A DNA stretch of 64,000 nt from Candidatus Limnocylindrales bacterium (GCA_035632635.1 DASQGL010000068.1:10895-74894); one strand, 5' to 3'; shown: positions 1-10,097, counted from the first letter of the stretch. The notes: generated from the letters alone by a model not told the origin. Program-made: numbers and translations.

Positions 1-4
1 CCCG

Positions 5-517
5 GTGACCGGGCGCTGGAGCCTGGCCCAATCGACCGGCGGACTGAGCAATGAGCTCAATCAACCGGATCCATTGTCCGCGGCCCAGCTGCTCGACACC
101 GCGAAGTCGGTCACCGATCTCGGCGATACGACACTCGCGGGCGTCGCCGTGCATCATTACCGGCTCACGCCGGACCGGTCGAAGCTGATCGCCAAGCTGC
201 AGAGCCTGCCGGCGCTCAAGAACAATGCCCAGGCCCAGCAGGCGTTCACCCAGATCCTGAACGGCGGGACGATGACCCTCGAGGTGTGGTTCGGGAAGAG
301 CGACCACCTGGTGCGGCGGCTCGTGTCGGACGCGACGCTGACGTTCGACCTCGGACAGCTGATGCAGGCACTCGGCACCGGCCGCGGCACGCAGGGGACA
401 CCCTTGCCCCATACGACGGTGGCGCCCGGTGCGGCATCCCAGGTGGTGGCCCACCTCCAGATCGACTACCACGACTTCAACACGCCGGTCACGGTCACGG
501 TCCCCCAGGTCGGCTGA
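5..517 (+). CDS. Hypothetical protein, C-terminal fragment (gene starts before the window); possibly a secreted or lipoprotein-like fold
   Basis: Open frame running in from the window edge with no start codon in the window. The 170-aa translation has no motif I recognise. It ends 38 nt before rpe. Confidence 0.35.
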   Translation: MTGRWSLAQSTGGLSNELNQPDPLSAAQLLDTAKSVTDLGDTTLAGVAVHHYRLTPDRSKLIAKLQSLPALKNNAQAQQAFTQILNGGTMTLEVWFGKSDHLVRRLVSDATLTFDLGQLMQALGTGRGTQGTPLPHTTVAPGAASQVVAHLQIDYHDFNTPVTVTVPQVG

Positions 518-554
518 GCCGGTCCCGCTCCCGCGCAGCGACTAGAATCGGCCG

Positions 555-1196
555 GTGATCGTCGCTCCGTCGCTGCTGTCGGCGGACTTCAGCCGCCTGG
601 GCGAGGAATGCGCGGCCCTCGAGCAGGCAGGCGCGGACTGGATCCATTTCGACGTGATGGACGGCCACTACGTGCCGCCGATCACGATCGGACCGCGGGT
701 GGTCGAGCACTGCCGGCGCTGGTCGAAGCTGCCCTTCGACGTGCACCTGATGATCGAGGATCCGGAGCGGCACATCAACGCCTTCCGAGATGCCGGCGCG
801 ACGAGCCTGTCGGTCCACGTGGAGGCGGTCACCCACATCCACCGGGTGCTGCTCCAGATCCGGGAGGCCGGCATGCGTCCGGGTGTGTGCCTCAACCCCG
901 GGAGCCCGCTGGGGCGCGTCGAGCCGGTGCTCCAGGAGGCGGACGTGCTGGTCATGATGAGCGTCAACCCGGGGTGGGGCGGCCAGCCCTTCATCGAGAG
1001 CAGCCTGGATCGCATCGCCCAGGCGCGCGCCATGCGCGACCGGCTGAACCCGCGGCTCGAGATCGAAGTCGACGGCGGCGTCACGGCGTCGACCGGCCGG
1101 CAGTGCGCCTTAAGAGGGGCCACGGTGCTGGTGGCCGGGCACTACGTCTACAGCCACCCGCAGGGGAAGGCTGCCGCGATCGCCGAACTGCGCTAG
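555..1196 (+). CDS. rpe: Ribulose-phosphate 3-epimerase
   Basis: 213 aa. N-terminus MIVAPSLLSADF...HFDVMDGHYVPP and the MMSVNPGWGGQ motif are typical of Rpe. Confidence 0.9.
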   Translation: MIVAPSLLSADFSRLGEECAALEQAGADWIHFDVMDGHYVPPITIGPRVVEHCRRWSKLPFDVHLMIEDPERHINAFRDAGATSLSVHVEAVTHIHRVLLQIREAGMRPGVCLNPGSPLGRVEPVLQEADVLVMMSVNPGWGGQPFIESSLDRIAQARAMRDRLNPRLEIEVDGGVTASTGRQCALRGATVLVAGHYVYSHPQGKAAAIAELR

Positions 1197-1202
1197 CCCG
1201 CG

Positions 1203-1904
1203 CTACTCGCTCGTCGGCAGGTGGAAGTACATCGACTGGATGCCGACCCGGCCGGGGCCTGTGAAGCGGTTCCAGATCAGGTTGCCGCTGCCGCCGAACA
1301 TGCCGGTCCGAAGTCCGAACGTCTGGGTGTCCATGCGGACCTGTACGTCGCGGTAGATCCAGCCGCCCGGCTCCACGTCGATCTGCTCGTTGGCGGCCAG
1401 CGTCTTTTCGAACACGTTGCCGTAGCCGTGCAGCCAGACGACGCCCTCCTGATTTCCGGCATCGAAGCGGTCGACGAAGAAGCCGGTGGATGCGAACAGC
1501 ATGTTGCTCACGCCTTTGACCCGGTTGAAGGTGTACTCGAGGTTGCCGGTCGCGGCAAGGAACTGGTGCTCGCGGACGAGGATCCCGGTGCCCGGATGCA
1601 GGTGAATCGGGAATACGTGGCCGGCGCCGTCGCGCGAGAAGGCGACCTCCCCGGGGCCCTGGGCTTCGGTCATGAAGATGGGCATGCCGGCGATCATCCG
1701 CTTGAACGCGCCTTTGACGCTCTTGAGGCCGATGTTCAACGGCGGGTCTTTCCAGAGGACGACGTGGTGCTCGAAGAAGATGGGGACGGTGCCGTCGAGC
1801 CAGGTGTGCAGCACGGGGACCAGCTCGCCGTCGATCCGGTAGCGGACGCCCGGCGCCTGGCCCTCCTCGAGCTTCGTCGGGAGCAGCTGCGGCGGACTCT
1901 GCAT
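1203..1904 (-). CDS. AIM24/DUF124 (TIGR00266) family protein
   Basis: 233 aa. Overall similarity to the AIM24/DUF124 family as I remember it, with no diagnostic catalytic motif. Convergent with rpe. Confidence 0.55.
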   Translation of the reverse strand: MQSPPQLLPTKLEEGQAPGVRYRIDGELVPVLHTWLDGTVPIFFEHHVVLWKDPPLNIGLKSVKGAFKRMIAGMPIFMTEAQGPGEVAFSRDGAGHVFPIHLHPGTGILVREHQFLAATGNLEYTFNRVKGVSNMLFASTGFFVDRFDAGNQEGVVWLHGYGNVFEKTLAANEQIDVEPGGWIYRDVQVRMDTQTFGLRTGMFGGSGNLIWNRFTGPGRVGIQSMYFHLPTSE

Positions 1905-1920
1905 CCGGGGAGCGGCTCGC

Positions 1921-2100
1921 CTACTTGGCGGCGGTGCGCAGGCAGCGGGTGCAGACCATGGCGGTCTGCCGTCGCCCCTTGATCACGACCTGCGCCTTGT
2001 GGAGATTGGGCATGAACCGGCGCTTCGTCCGCACCTTCGAGTGACTGACGTTGTGGCCGTACTGGGGCCCTTTTCCGCAAAGATCGCAGCGTTTCGCCAT
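1921..2100 (-). CDS. rpmB: 50S ribosomal protein L28
   Basis: The C-terminal 59 aa of the listed ORF read [59 protein letters not shown], a canonical L28. The ATG at 2100 (minus) has AAGGA 5 nt upstream. The remaining N-terminal 59 aa of the listed ORF are over-extension. Confidence 0.9.
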   Translation of the reverse strand: MAKRCDLCGKGPQYGHNVSHSKVRTKRRFMPNLHKAQVVIKGRRQTAMVCTRCLRTAAK

Positions 2101-2173
2101 TTGAATCCTTGAGTTCGTGCCCCGCTGATGACGTATGATGGGGGGCGAAATCAGCGTCCCAATATAACACACG

Positions 2174-2578
2174 ATGGAGAAAACCAAGGCAACCCCACGG
2201 CGGATGGGCAAGCCCAAAACGCTGATCCAATCCCGGGACCTCGGCCGGATCGAGGTGTCGCGCCGGGTGGTTGCCACGATCGCCGGCCATGCCGCGGTCT
2301 CCTGCTATGGCGTGGTCGGAATGGCGGCCCAGGGCCTGCGGGACGGGCTCGCCGAGCGCCTGCATCGGGACAACATTCATCGCGGGGTCGAGGTCGAGGT
2401 CCGGGAGGACGGAGTGGCGATCGCGCTCTACGTCATCGTCGAGTTCGGAACCCGCGTCTCCGAGGTCGCGAACAACCTGACCAATGCCGTGCGCTACGCG
2501 GTGGAGCGGACGCTGGGCCTGGCTGTGGTCGAGGTCAACATCAACGTCCAGGGCATCCATGTGAGCGGCGGCGCCTGA
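2174..2578 (+). CDS. Asp23/Gls24 family (alkaline shock protein-like)
   Basis: 134 aa with Asp23-family signature. Sits in the conserved rpmB–Asp23–YloV–DegV–recG arrangement, divergent from rpmB. Confidence 0.8.
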   Translation: MEKTKATPRRMGKPKTLIQSRDLGRIEVSRRVVATIAGHAAVSCYGVVGMAAQGLRDGLAERLHRDNIHRGVEVEVREDGVAIALYVIVEFGTRVSEVANNLTNAVRYAVERTLGLAVVEVNINVQGIHVSGGA

Positions 2579-2609
2579 CCTGGCCGCCACACCACGTCCA
2601 TCCGCTGCC

Positions 2610-4217
2610 ATGCCCATAACCCGCTGCGACGGTCACCTGCTCAAGGAAGCCCTGCTCGGCGCCGTCGCCTGGCTCACGGTCAATCGGGAGGAGGTCGACA
2701 GCCTGAACGTCTTCCCGGTGCCGGATGGCGATACGGGCACGAACATGCTGCTCACGCTGCAGTCCGCCGTGGAGGCGATCCGGGATCTCGACGATCCTGA
2801 CCTGAGCCTCACCGCGAAACGCGCCGCCCACGGCGCCTTGATGGGAGCGCGCGGCAACTCGGGAGTCATCCTGTCGCAGGTCTTTCGGGGGTTTGCCACG
2901 GCGGTCGCCGACCAACCCGCCGTGGACGCCCGGGGGCTGGCGGCCGCCTTCTCGAACGGCGCGACGGTCGCCTACCGGGCGGTGATCAAGCCCACGGAGG
3001 GGACGATGCTGACCGTTGCCCGCGAGGCCGCGAAAGCCGCCACCGACCGCGCTGCGCAGTCGGATGACCTGACCGAGACCGTGCGGGCCGCGGCCGAAGG
3101 CGCGAGCGCCGCAGTCGAGCGGACGCCCACCCAGTTGAAGATCCTCCAGGATGCCGGCGTCGTGGATGCCGGCGGCTTCGGCCTCCAGGTGATCCTGGAG
3201 GGCTTTCTCAAGCGCATGCGGGGGGAAGACCTCGAGCGCCTGGAGAAGCCCGTGACCCACCACGCGCTCCCCAGGACGGTCGCCTCACCTGAGGAGGGGT
3301 GGGGCTATTGCACCGAGTTCATCATCAACGGGGATGACCTGCCGGTGGAGCAGGTTCGCCAGGAGATCGTCCGGCGTGGCCAGTCTGCGCTGGTGGTCGG
3401 TGATGAGACCGCCATCAAGGTGCACGTCCACACGCACGAGCCGGCCGCGGTCATCGGGTACGCCAGCGGCGTCGGCACGCTGAGCCGCCTCAAGGTGGAC
3501 GACATGTCGGCCCAGCATCACCGCCTCCAGGGGGATGGCGGCAAGCGGCTGAACGATCTGAAGCCGCTTGCGGTGGTCGCCGTGGCCAGCGGCGAGGGGA
3601 TCCGGCGCATCCTGGAGAGCCTGGGTGTGGACGGGGGCGTCCCGGGTGGCCAGACGATGAACCCCTCGACCCAGGATCTGCTCGCGGCGGTCGAGGCCGC
3701 CCCCGCGCCCGAGGTGCTGCTGCTTCCCAACAACGCGAACGTGATCCTGACCGCCCAGCAGGTGCCGGCGCTCAGCCGCAAGCGCGTCCGCGTCGTGCCC
3801 TCCCGCTCCCTGCCCCAGGGGATCGCCGCCCTGCTCGCCTTCGATTTCGGCGCCGGGCTGGAGGCCAATGGCGCCGCCATGGCGGCCGCGCTCGACCAGG
3901 TGCGGACGATCGAGGTCACGCGCGCGATCCGCAAGAGCGAGGTCAACGGGCTGACGATTGCGGAGGGCGACGTCATCGGTCTGCTCGACGACCAGATCGT
4001 CGCGGCCGGCCGGTCGGCCCCCGAGGTCGTCGAACGCGTCCTGAGCACGATGTCGGTCGAGGATGGACAGACCGTGACGATCTACGCCGGCGCCGACGCG
4101 CCCGAGGAGGAGCGCCAGGCGGTGGTCGCGGTCGTCGAGCGTCGATGCCCGGCCGCGACCGTGGAGCTGCAATCGGGCGGCCAGGCGCTCTACCCGTACA
4201 TCCTCGCGGTCGAGTGA
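2610..4217 (+). CDS. yloV: DAK2 domain fusion protein YloV
   Basis: 535 aa with an N-terminal DAK2-type region (FPVPDGDTGTNM) and a C-terminal YloV-type domain. Conserved partner of Asp23. Confidence 0.85.
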   Translation: MPITRCDGHLLKEALLGAVAWLTVNREEVDSLNVFPVPDGDTGTNMLLTLQSAVEAIRDLDDPDLSLTAKRAAHGALMGARGNSGVILSQVFRGFATAVADQPAVDARGLAAAFSNGATVAYRAVIKPTEGTMLTVAREAAKAATDRAAQSDDLTETVRAAAEGASAAVERTPTQLKILQDAGVVDAGGFGLQVILEGFLKRMRGEDLERLEKPVTHHALPRTVASPEEGWGYCTEFIINGDDLPVEQVRQEIVRRGQSALVVGDETAIKVHVHTHEPAAVIGYASGVGTLSRLKVDDMSAQHHRLQGDGGKRLNDLKPLAVVAVASGEGIRRILESLGVDGGVPGGQTMNPSTQDLLAAVEAAPAPEVLLLPNNANVILTAQQVPALSRKRVRVVPSRSLPQGIAALLAFDFGAGLEANGAAMAAALDQVRTIEVTRAIRKSEVNGLTIAEGDVIGLLDDQIVAAGRSAPEVVERVLSTMSVEDGQTVTIYAGADAPEEERQAVVAVVERRCPAATVELQSGGQALYPYILAVE

Positions 4218-4235
4218 GGTCCATATACTGCTGAC

Positions 4236-5066
4236 GTGGTCCGGATGGTCACGGATTCCACCGCGGACATCCCCAAGGATGTCCAGCAGGCGCTCGACAT
4301 CACCGTGGTCCCCCTCAACGTCCACATCGGTGAGGAGGTCTTCCGAGACCGCGTCGACCTGAGCGGCGATGAATTCTTTCGACGGCTGGGGCAATCCGCG
4401 GCCCTGCCCAAGACATCGCAGCCGTCGGTCGGGGCCTTCGAGGAAACCTATCGAGGGCTGCTCGCGCAGGGGCACGACGTCGTGGCCGTGCTCCTCTCAG
4501 CCAGGGTCTCCGGGACGTACAACGCCGGGCTGACCGCGGCGCAGGCCGTGGCGCCTGATCGCATCGAGGTGATCGACTCGCAGATGGCGTCGATGGCGCT
4601 CGGCTTCCTGGTGCTCGAGGGTGCCCGGCTGGCGCGCGCCGGCAAGAGCCGCCGTGAGGTGGCCGACCACGTCCGGGCGCTGGTGCCCAAGGCGCGGGTG
4701 ATCGCGGCCATCGACACGCTGACCTACCTGCAGCGCGGCGGCCGGATCGGCAAGGCGCAGGCCCTCCTCGGCTCGCTGCTCAACGTCAAGCCGCTGATCA
4801 CCCTGAAGGACGGAGAGGTGCAGCCGCTCGGTCGCGCCCGCAGCCGCGCCCAGGCGCTCGACCGCCTGGTGCAGTTGCTGGAGCGGGACGGGGCGATCAC
4901 CCACCTCGCCATCCTGCACGGCGGTGCCCGGGCCGATGCCGAGCGCCTGCGCGAGCGGGTCGCGCCGCACTATCCTGGGCTCGACATCTCGTTTGCGGAG
5001 ACCGGCCCGGTGCTCGGGACGCACACCGGTCCCGGGGTGATCGGGTTCACCTACCTCGTGAAGTAG
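4236..5066 (+). CDS. DegV family fatty-acid-binding protein
   Basis: 276 aa with a DegV-like N-terminus (VTDSTADIP...). GTG at 4236; an alternative ATG lies at 4245. A TATACT hexamer sits 6 nt upstream of the GTG. Confidence 0.85.
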   Translation: MVRMVTDSTADIPKDVQQALDITVVPLNVHIGEEVFRDRVDLSGDEFFRRLGQSAALPKTSQPSVGAFEETYRGLLAQGHDVVAVLLSARVSGTYNAGLTAAQAVAPDRIEVIDSQMASMALGFLVLEGARLARAGKSRREVADHVRALVPKARVIAAIDTLTYLQRGGRIGKAQALLGSLLNVKPLITLKDGEVQPLGRARSRAQALDRLVQLLERDGAITHLAILHGGARADAERLRERVAPHYPGLDISFAETGPVLGTHTGPGVIGFTYLVK

Positions 5067-7117
5067 TGGTCGCAACCCGGAGCCTCGATCAGCCCGTCAC
5101 GACGCTGGCGGGAATCAGTAGCGCATATCAGGCTCGCCTGCGACGCCTCGGCGTGGAGACCGTCCGGGATCTGCTGCTCCTCTACCCGCGCCGCCACAAA
5201 GACCTGAGCCAGGTGACCGCGATCGCCGCGGTCCAGCCGGGTGAAGAGACGACGGTGCGGGGCCGGATCACCGTGGTCACCGCCGGTCAGACCTCACGCA
5301 AACACATGAAGCTGACCAAAGCGAGCCTGATCGACGATTCAAAGCGTGTGCTCCAGCTCGTCTGGTTCAACCAGCCGTGGGTCGCCAAGAGGCTCCACGT
5401 CGGCGACGAGGTCTACGTGGCGGGCGAGGTGGAGTGGGCCGGCGGCCTCGTCATGCGCAACCCCGACTACGAGCCCGCGTCGCAGGCCCCCATGCATGCA
5501 GCGCGGATCGTTCCCATCTACCCGCAGACCGAAGGCCTGACCTCGCGCTGGCTCCGCCCGAAGATCGAGGCCATCCTGCCCCTGGCCGCCCAGCTCGAGG
5601 AGTTCCTGCCGGAGGAGATTCGCGCCCGGCGCCGGCTGCCGGATCGGGCGGAGGCGGTGCGCGAAGTGCACTTCCCGCGATCGGCCGCGGCGCTCGAGGC
5701 GGCGCGCCATCGCCTGGCCTTCGAAGAGATGTTCCTGCTGCAGCTGGGCGCCCAGCGCGAGAAGCGGGCGCGTCAGGAGCAGGCTGCGCAGCCCATCCCC
5801 TTCGATCAGCCGGCGGCGCGTGCCTTCGTGGCGGCACTGCCGTTCAGGCTGACGAATGCCCAGCGACGGGCGGCCTGGGAGATCCTCCAGGACATGGCCC
5901 GGCCGGTGCCCATGAACCGCCTCCTGGAAGGAGACGTCGGGTCGGGGAAGACGGTGGTCGCGACCATGGCCATGCACCATGCCGCCCAGGCCGGGTTTCA
6001 GTCGGTCCTGCTGGCACCCACGGAGATCCTCGCCCGGCAGCACGCGGATGTCGTCGAATCGATCCTCCGGCCGTTCCAGATCCCGGTCGGCCTGCTCCTC
6101 GGGAGCACGCCGCACACCCAGCGCGCGCCGATGCTGGCCGCGCTCAAGGCCGGCAGCCTGGCGATCGTGGTCGGGACCCACGCCCTGATCGAGGAAGGCG
6201 TCGAGTTCCAGCGCCTGGCGCTGACGATCGTGGACGAGCAGCAGCGGTTTGGGGTGGCTCAGCGGGCCGCCCTGCGCGACAAGAGCCGCCGGGTGCCTCA
6301 CTTCCTCTCGATGACGGCCACCCCGATCCCGCGGACGCTCGCGAAGACCGCCTTCGCCGACCTCGACATCTCCGTCATCGACGAGATGCCGCTGGGCCGC
6401 AAGCCGGTCAACACCCGGCTCGTGCCACCGCAGGAGCGCCGGCAGGCCTACGAATTCGTCCGCGCCGAGGTTTCGGCCGGCCGCCAGGTCTTCGTCGTGT
6501 GTCCGCTGATCCAGGAGTCGGACAAGCTGGGGGTCCGCTCCGCGACCCAGGAGCTCGAGAAGCTGCAGCGGGAGGTCTTCCCCGACCTGGCCTCGCGCAT
6601 CGCGCTCCTGCACGGCCGGCTCAAGACCGCGGAGAAGGAGGCCGTGATGGAACGTTTCCAGCGCGGCGAGCTCGCCATCCTCGTGGCGACCTCGGTGGTG
6701 GAGGTCGGGGTCGACATCCCGAACGCGAGCGTGATGATGGTGGAGGATGCCGAACGTTTCGGGCTGGCTCAGCTGCATCAGTTCCGCGGCCGGGTTGGTC
6801 GCGGCGTGCACGAGTCGACCTGCCTGCTCTTCACCGAGGCGGAGGATCCGCAGGCGCGCGAGCGGCTGATGGCGCTCGTCAAGCATCAGAGCGGGTTCGA
6901 CCTGGCCGAGGTCGACCTTCGCCTGCGCGGCTTCGGCGACCTCTACGGCACGCTCCAGCACGGCCGCGAGTTCAGCGTCGAAACTCTGCTCGATGCCGCC
7001 TTGATCAAGGACGCCCAGGACGAGGTCGCCCGCCTCCTCGACCGCGACCCGGCTTTGAAGGGGGAGCCGGCGTTGCGCCGCCACCTCGCGGGCCGGCGGG
7101 TGTTTGCCCTGGATTGA
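5066..7117 (+). CDS. recG: ATP-dependent DNA helicase RecG
   Basis: 683 aa with a wedge/OB N-terminus, Walker A (GDVGSGKTVVA) and helicase motifs through QLHQFRGRVGRG. Confidence 0.92.
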   Translation: MVATRSLDQPVTTLAGISSAYQARLRRLGVETVRDLLLLYPRRHKDLSQVTAIAAVQPGEETTVRGRITVVTAGQTSRKHMKLTKASLIDDSKRVLQLVWFNQPWVAKRLHVGDEVYVAGEVEWAGGLVMRNPDYEPASQAPMHAARIVPIYPQTEGLTSRWLRPKIEAILPLAAQLEEFLPEEIRARRRLPDRAEAVREVHFPRSAAALEAARHRLAFEEMFLLQLGAQREKRARQEQAAQPIPFDQPAARAFVAALPFRLTNAQRRAAWEILQDMARPVPMNRLLEGDVGSGKTVVATMAMHHAAQAGFQSVLLAPTEILARQHADVVESILRPFQIPVGLLLGSTPHTQRAPMLAALKAGSLAIVVGTHALIEEGVEFQRLALTIVDEQQRFGVAQRAALRDKSRRVPHFLSMTATPIPRTLAKTAFADLDISVIDEMPLGRKPVNTRLVPPQERRQAYEFVRAEVSAGRQVFVVCPLIQESDKLGVRSATQELEKLQREVFPDLASRIALLHGRLKTAEKEAVMERFQRGELAILVATSVVEVGVDIPNASVMMVEDAERFGLAQLHQFRGRVGRGVHESTCLLFTEAEDPQARERLMALVKHQSGFDLAEVDLRLRGFGDLYGTLQHGREFSVETLLDAALIKDAQDEVARLLDRDPALKGEPALRRHLAGRRVFALD

Positions 7118-7307
7118 CCGGCCCCGCCCGCGGCCCGTCCTGCGACCGGGAACCTGGCCGTCCGAGCGCCCGCCCGACGGCGGAGAGCAGGTACCCGGTC
7201 AGCATTCCAAAGCCGATGGGGAGGACGAAGGCCAGGGCGATTCCGATGAGCAGGGCTAGGAGGTCGATGGCGGCCCGCTCTTCATCGCGCGATAGCCTGT
7301 AGGCGAC

Positions 7308-7868
7308 ATGCCACGCTCCGGCACGCGCGTCCAGGCGGGTACCCACCGCGGTCGGACGCTGCGCACGCGGCCCGGGCCCGGGACCCGGCCGACCACGGCG
7401 CTGGTCCGCGAGGCGATCTTCAACATCATCGGCGAAAGCATACGCGGTGCGCGCGTCCTCGATCTGTTCGCCGGCAGCGGGAGTGTCGGCATCGAGGCGC
7501 TCTCGCGCGGCGCGGAGCGGGTCACCTTCGTGGATAGCGAACGGACGTGTGTTAACATCGTGTCCGAAAATTTGGCATCGACGGGGTTCGCCCAGCGTGC
7601 CCGGGTTGCGTGTGCCGAAGCCACGGACTGGCTGAGGGCACACCACGACGACCTCTCCGACTTCAACCTCATCGTGGTCGATCCCCCCTACCACGACGCC
7701 GTGCTGGACCGCGTGTTGACGGCGCTCGATGCGGCGCCGCTCCGGTCGCAGGCGCTGGTCCTCGTCGAGCACCATCGATCGGATCCGCTCCCGCCGCTGC
7801 AGCGGCTGACCTCGGTGCGCAGCCGGGACTACGGGACCACCCGCCTCTCCTTTCTCCGCTCGCCATGA
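7308..7868 (+). CDS. rsmD: 16S rRNA (guanine966-N2)-methyltransferase
   Basis: Contains GTRPTTALVREAIFNII, LDLFAGSGSVGIEALSRGA and VDPPY motifs. Overlaps coaD by 4 nt. Confidence 0.85.
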   Translation: MPRSGTRVQAGTHRGRTLRTRPGPGTRPTTALVREAIFNIIGESIRGARVLDLFAGSGSVGIEALSRGAERVTFVDSERTCVNIVSENLASTGFAQRARVACAEATDWLRAHHDDLSDFNLIVVDPPYHDAVLDRVLTALDAAPLRSQALVLVEHHRSDPLPPLQRLTSVRSRDYGTTRLSFLRSP

Positions 7869-8359
7869 CGGTCGCCCTCTACCCCGGCAGCTTCGACCCG
7901 CTGACCCACGGACATGTCGATGTGGTCGGTCGCGCCAGCGACATCTTCGACAAGGTCATCATCGCCGTGCTCGAGAACCCGCAGAAACGGCCGCTCTTCA
8001 CCATCGAGGAGCGGGTCGACATGGTCCGGCACAGCGTCGCCGGGATGGCGCGGGTCGAGGTCTCGACCTACCGCGGCCTGACCATCGATGCGGCCCGCGA
8101 ATTCGGGGCCACGGTGATCGTCCGCGGCCTTCGGGCCGTCTCCGACTTCGAGAGTGAATTCCAGATGGCGCTGATGAACCGGCGCCTTCGACCGGAAGTC
8201 ACCACCGTCTTCATTCCCACCAGCCTGCGCTACCTGTTCCTCAGCTCCAGCCTGATCAAGGAGCTCTCGGCCTTCGGCGGCGACGTTTCGGAATTCGTCC
8301 CAGCCCACGTCGTGGCTCCGCTCAGAGAACGGCTGGGCCACCGAGGAGAAGCCAGATGA
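7865..8359 (+). CDS. coaD: Phosphopantetheine adenylyltransferase
   Basis: Starts MTVALYPGSFDPLTHGHVDVV, with the classic T/HxGH motif. The listed ORF 7610..8359 is over-extended at the 5' end; the ATG at 7865 fits CoaD. Confidence 0.9.
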   Translation: MTVALYPGSFDPLTHGHVDVVGRASDIFDKVIIAVLENPQKRPLFTIEERVDMVRHSVAGMARVEVSTYRGLTIDAAREFGATVIVRGLRAVSDFESEFQMALMNRRLRPEVTTVFIPTSLRYLFLSSSLIKELSAFGGDVSEFVPAHVVAPLRERLGHRGEAR

Positions 8360-8829
8360 ACATCCAGGAAGCCGTCGACGGACTCGAGTACCTGATCGGG
8401 CACAGCCGGCAGATCCCGCTGACCCGAACGGTGGTCATCGACCAGGAGGAAGCGCTGCAGCTGATCGACAACCTGCGGCTCGCGCTTCCCGATGAGATCA
8501 AGCAGGCGCGCTGGACTCTGCAGGAGCAGCAGCGCCTGCTGTCGGAGGCGCAGGCGGAAGCGGCTCGCATGATCAGCCAGGCGGGCGAGCGGGCGCAGAC
8601 CATGATCGGGCAGCAGGAGCTGTCGCGCCGCGCGGAAAGACAGGCGGAGACGATCTTGCGCGAGGCCACCGCGCGGGCCGACGAGGTCCGGCGGGCGGCG
8701 GATGCGTATGCCTGGGAGGTCATGCAGAACCTGGAGGCGCAGCTGCTCAAGACGGTGGCCACCGTGAAGAAGGGCGTCGAAGCGCTCCGGAAGCCCGAGC
8801 GCGTCTCCGAGCTCGCCCAAAGACGGTAG
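8356..8829 (+). CDS. Hypothetical coiled-coil protein (ATP-synthase-b/FliH-like helical pattern)
   Basis: 157 aa, predicted highly helical with Q/E/A/R-rich heptads. 4-nt overlap with coaD. Function unknown. Confidence 0.5.
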   Translation: MNIQEAVDGLEYLIGHSRQIPLTRTVVIDQEEALQLIDNLRLALPDEIKQARWTLQEQQRLLSEAQAEAARMISQAGERAQTMIGQQELSRRAERQAETILREATARADEVRRAADAYAWEVMQNLEAQLLKTVATVKKGVEALRKPERVSELAQRR

Positions 8830-8945
8830 TCACCCGGCTTTTCGGCAGGCTTCGGGGATTCAGCCCCGCGGCCCGCCAGTTCCTGCTCTTCTCCTTCCTC
8901 ACCTTCACGGCCGGGACGATCTTCAGCCTGGTCTTCAACCTCTAT

Positions 8946-10055
8946 ATGAGTGCGCTCGGCTTTCGCAACGACGTCATCGGTATCTTCAACGCCCTGCCGG
9001 CGGTCGGCCTGATCGCGGTCGGGCTTCCCGTCGCCGCGCTGGCCGACCGGATCGGATACCGCGTCTTCGTACTCGGCTCGAGCGGCGTCGCCACGCTCGC
9101 CGCCATCGTCCTGGCGTCCTGTGGCGCCCGGCTGGCGGCGGTGCTCGCCGCGGGCACGTTCGCGCTCGGCCTGACCGTTCTCCAGCTGCTCGGCGTCCCG
9201 CTGCTCGCCCAGCTCAGCTCCCCGTCCGAGCGCGTGCTCCTCTTCTCGGTGAACGAGGCGCTCGCCTGGGCCGGCACGCTGTTGGGCAACCTGATCGGCG
9301 GCGCCCTGCCCGAAGCGGCCGCCCGCGTCACGCACGAGCCGGCGGCCTCGACGTCCTCGCTGCGCGCCGCCTTCGTGGCGACGGCGGCCCTCCTGCTGAT
9401 CGCGCTGCCGATCGGGGTGCGGCTGTCGGCGGCCGGCGGGCTCCGGCCCTCCGAGGTCTTTCCCCTGCGCGACATGGTGCGGGTCGATCTCGGGCGATTC
9501 GCACGGCTCCTGGGGCCGCAGTTGTTGCTCGGGCTGGCCGCCGGGATGCTGCTGAACTTCATCCAGCTGTTCCTGGCCCAGCGCTTCCACCTCGGCCCGG
9601 GGCCGATCGGGTTGGTCCTCGCCGGCGTGGCGGCGCTGACCGCGGCCACGTCGCTGATCGCCCCGGCGGTGAGCCGGCTGCTGGGGCTGCCGCGCGCGAT
9701 CGGCATCGCTCAGGTCCTCGGTTTCCCGCTCGTGCTCGGACTGGCGTTCGCGATGAACCTGCCGCTCGCGGTTGCCATCCTGGCGCTCCGGCAGGTCATC
9801 CTCAACCTGCAGTCGCCGCTCGTCCTCGCCTTCGGGATGAGCTACGTGGAGGCGCGGCAGCGAGCCCGGCTGGCGATCGCCCAGGAGGTGGCCTTCGGCA
9901 TCGGGTTCGGCGGGATCGGCCCGCTGCTCAGCGGGGTCCTCCAGGTCCGAGGTGGCTATCAGCTCGCCTTCAGCGTCAGCGCCGCCTTCTACCTGCTCGC
10001 CGGCCTGAGCTTTCTCGCGATCTTCGGCCGCGCTCAGCCGGCGCGACGCGCCTGA
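8946..10055 (+). CDS. MFS transporter. The listed start is the first canonical start; TM1 is encoded upstream from about 8829.
   Basis: 12-TM-like hydrophobic pattern. The upstream in-frame stretch encodes FLLFSFLTFTAGTIFSLVFNLY (a TM1-like segment) with no ATG/GTG/TTG. Confidence 0.7.
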   Translation: MSALGFRNDVIGIFNALPAVGLIAVGLPVAALADRIGYRVFVLGSSGVATLAAIVLASCGARLAAVLAAGTFALGLTVLQLLGVPLLAQLSSPSERVLLFSVNEALAWAGTLLGNLIGGALPEAAARVTHEPAASTSSLRAAFVATAALLLIALPIGVRLSAAGGLRPSEVFPLRDMVRVDLGRFARLLGPQLLLGLAAGMLLNFIQLFLAQRFHLGPGPIGLVLAGVAALTAATSLIAPAVSRLLGLPRAIGIAQVLGFPLVLGLAFAMNLPLAVAILALRQVILNLQSPLVLAFGMSYVEARQRARLAIAQEVAFGIGFGGIGPLLSGVLQVRGGYQLAFSVSAAFYLLAGLSFLAIFGRAQPARRA

Positions 10056-10083
10056 CCGGCGGGATCCTGCCCGCCGTGCCCGT

Positions 10084-10089
10084 ATAATG
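10084..10089 (+). promoter_or_regulatory. TATAAT -10 hexamer 8 nt upstream of the rpmF ATG (leaderless-type geometry)
   Basis: An exact consensus hexamer in a 70% GC background; no SD between it and the ATG. Confidence 0.35.
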
Positions 10090-10097
10090 GGGCCCCT

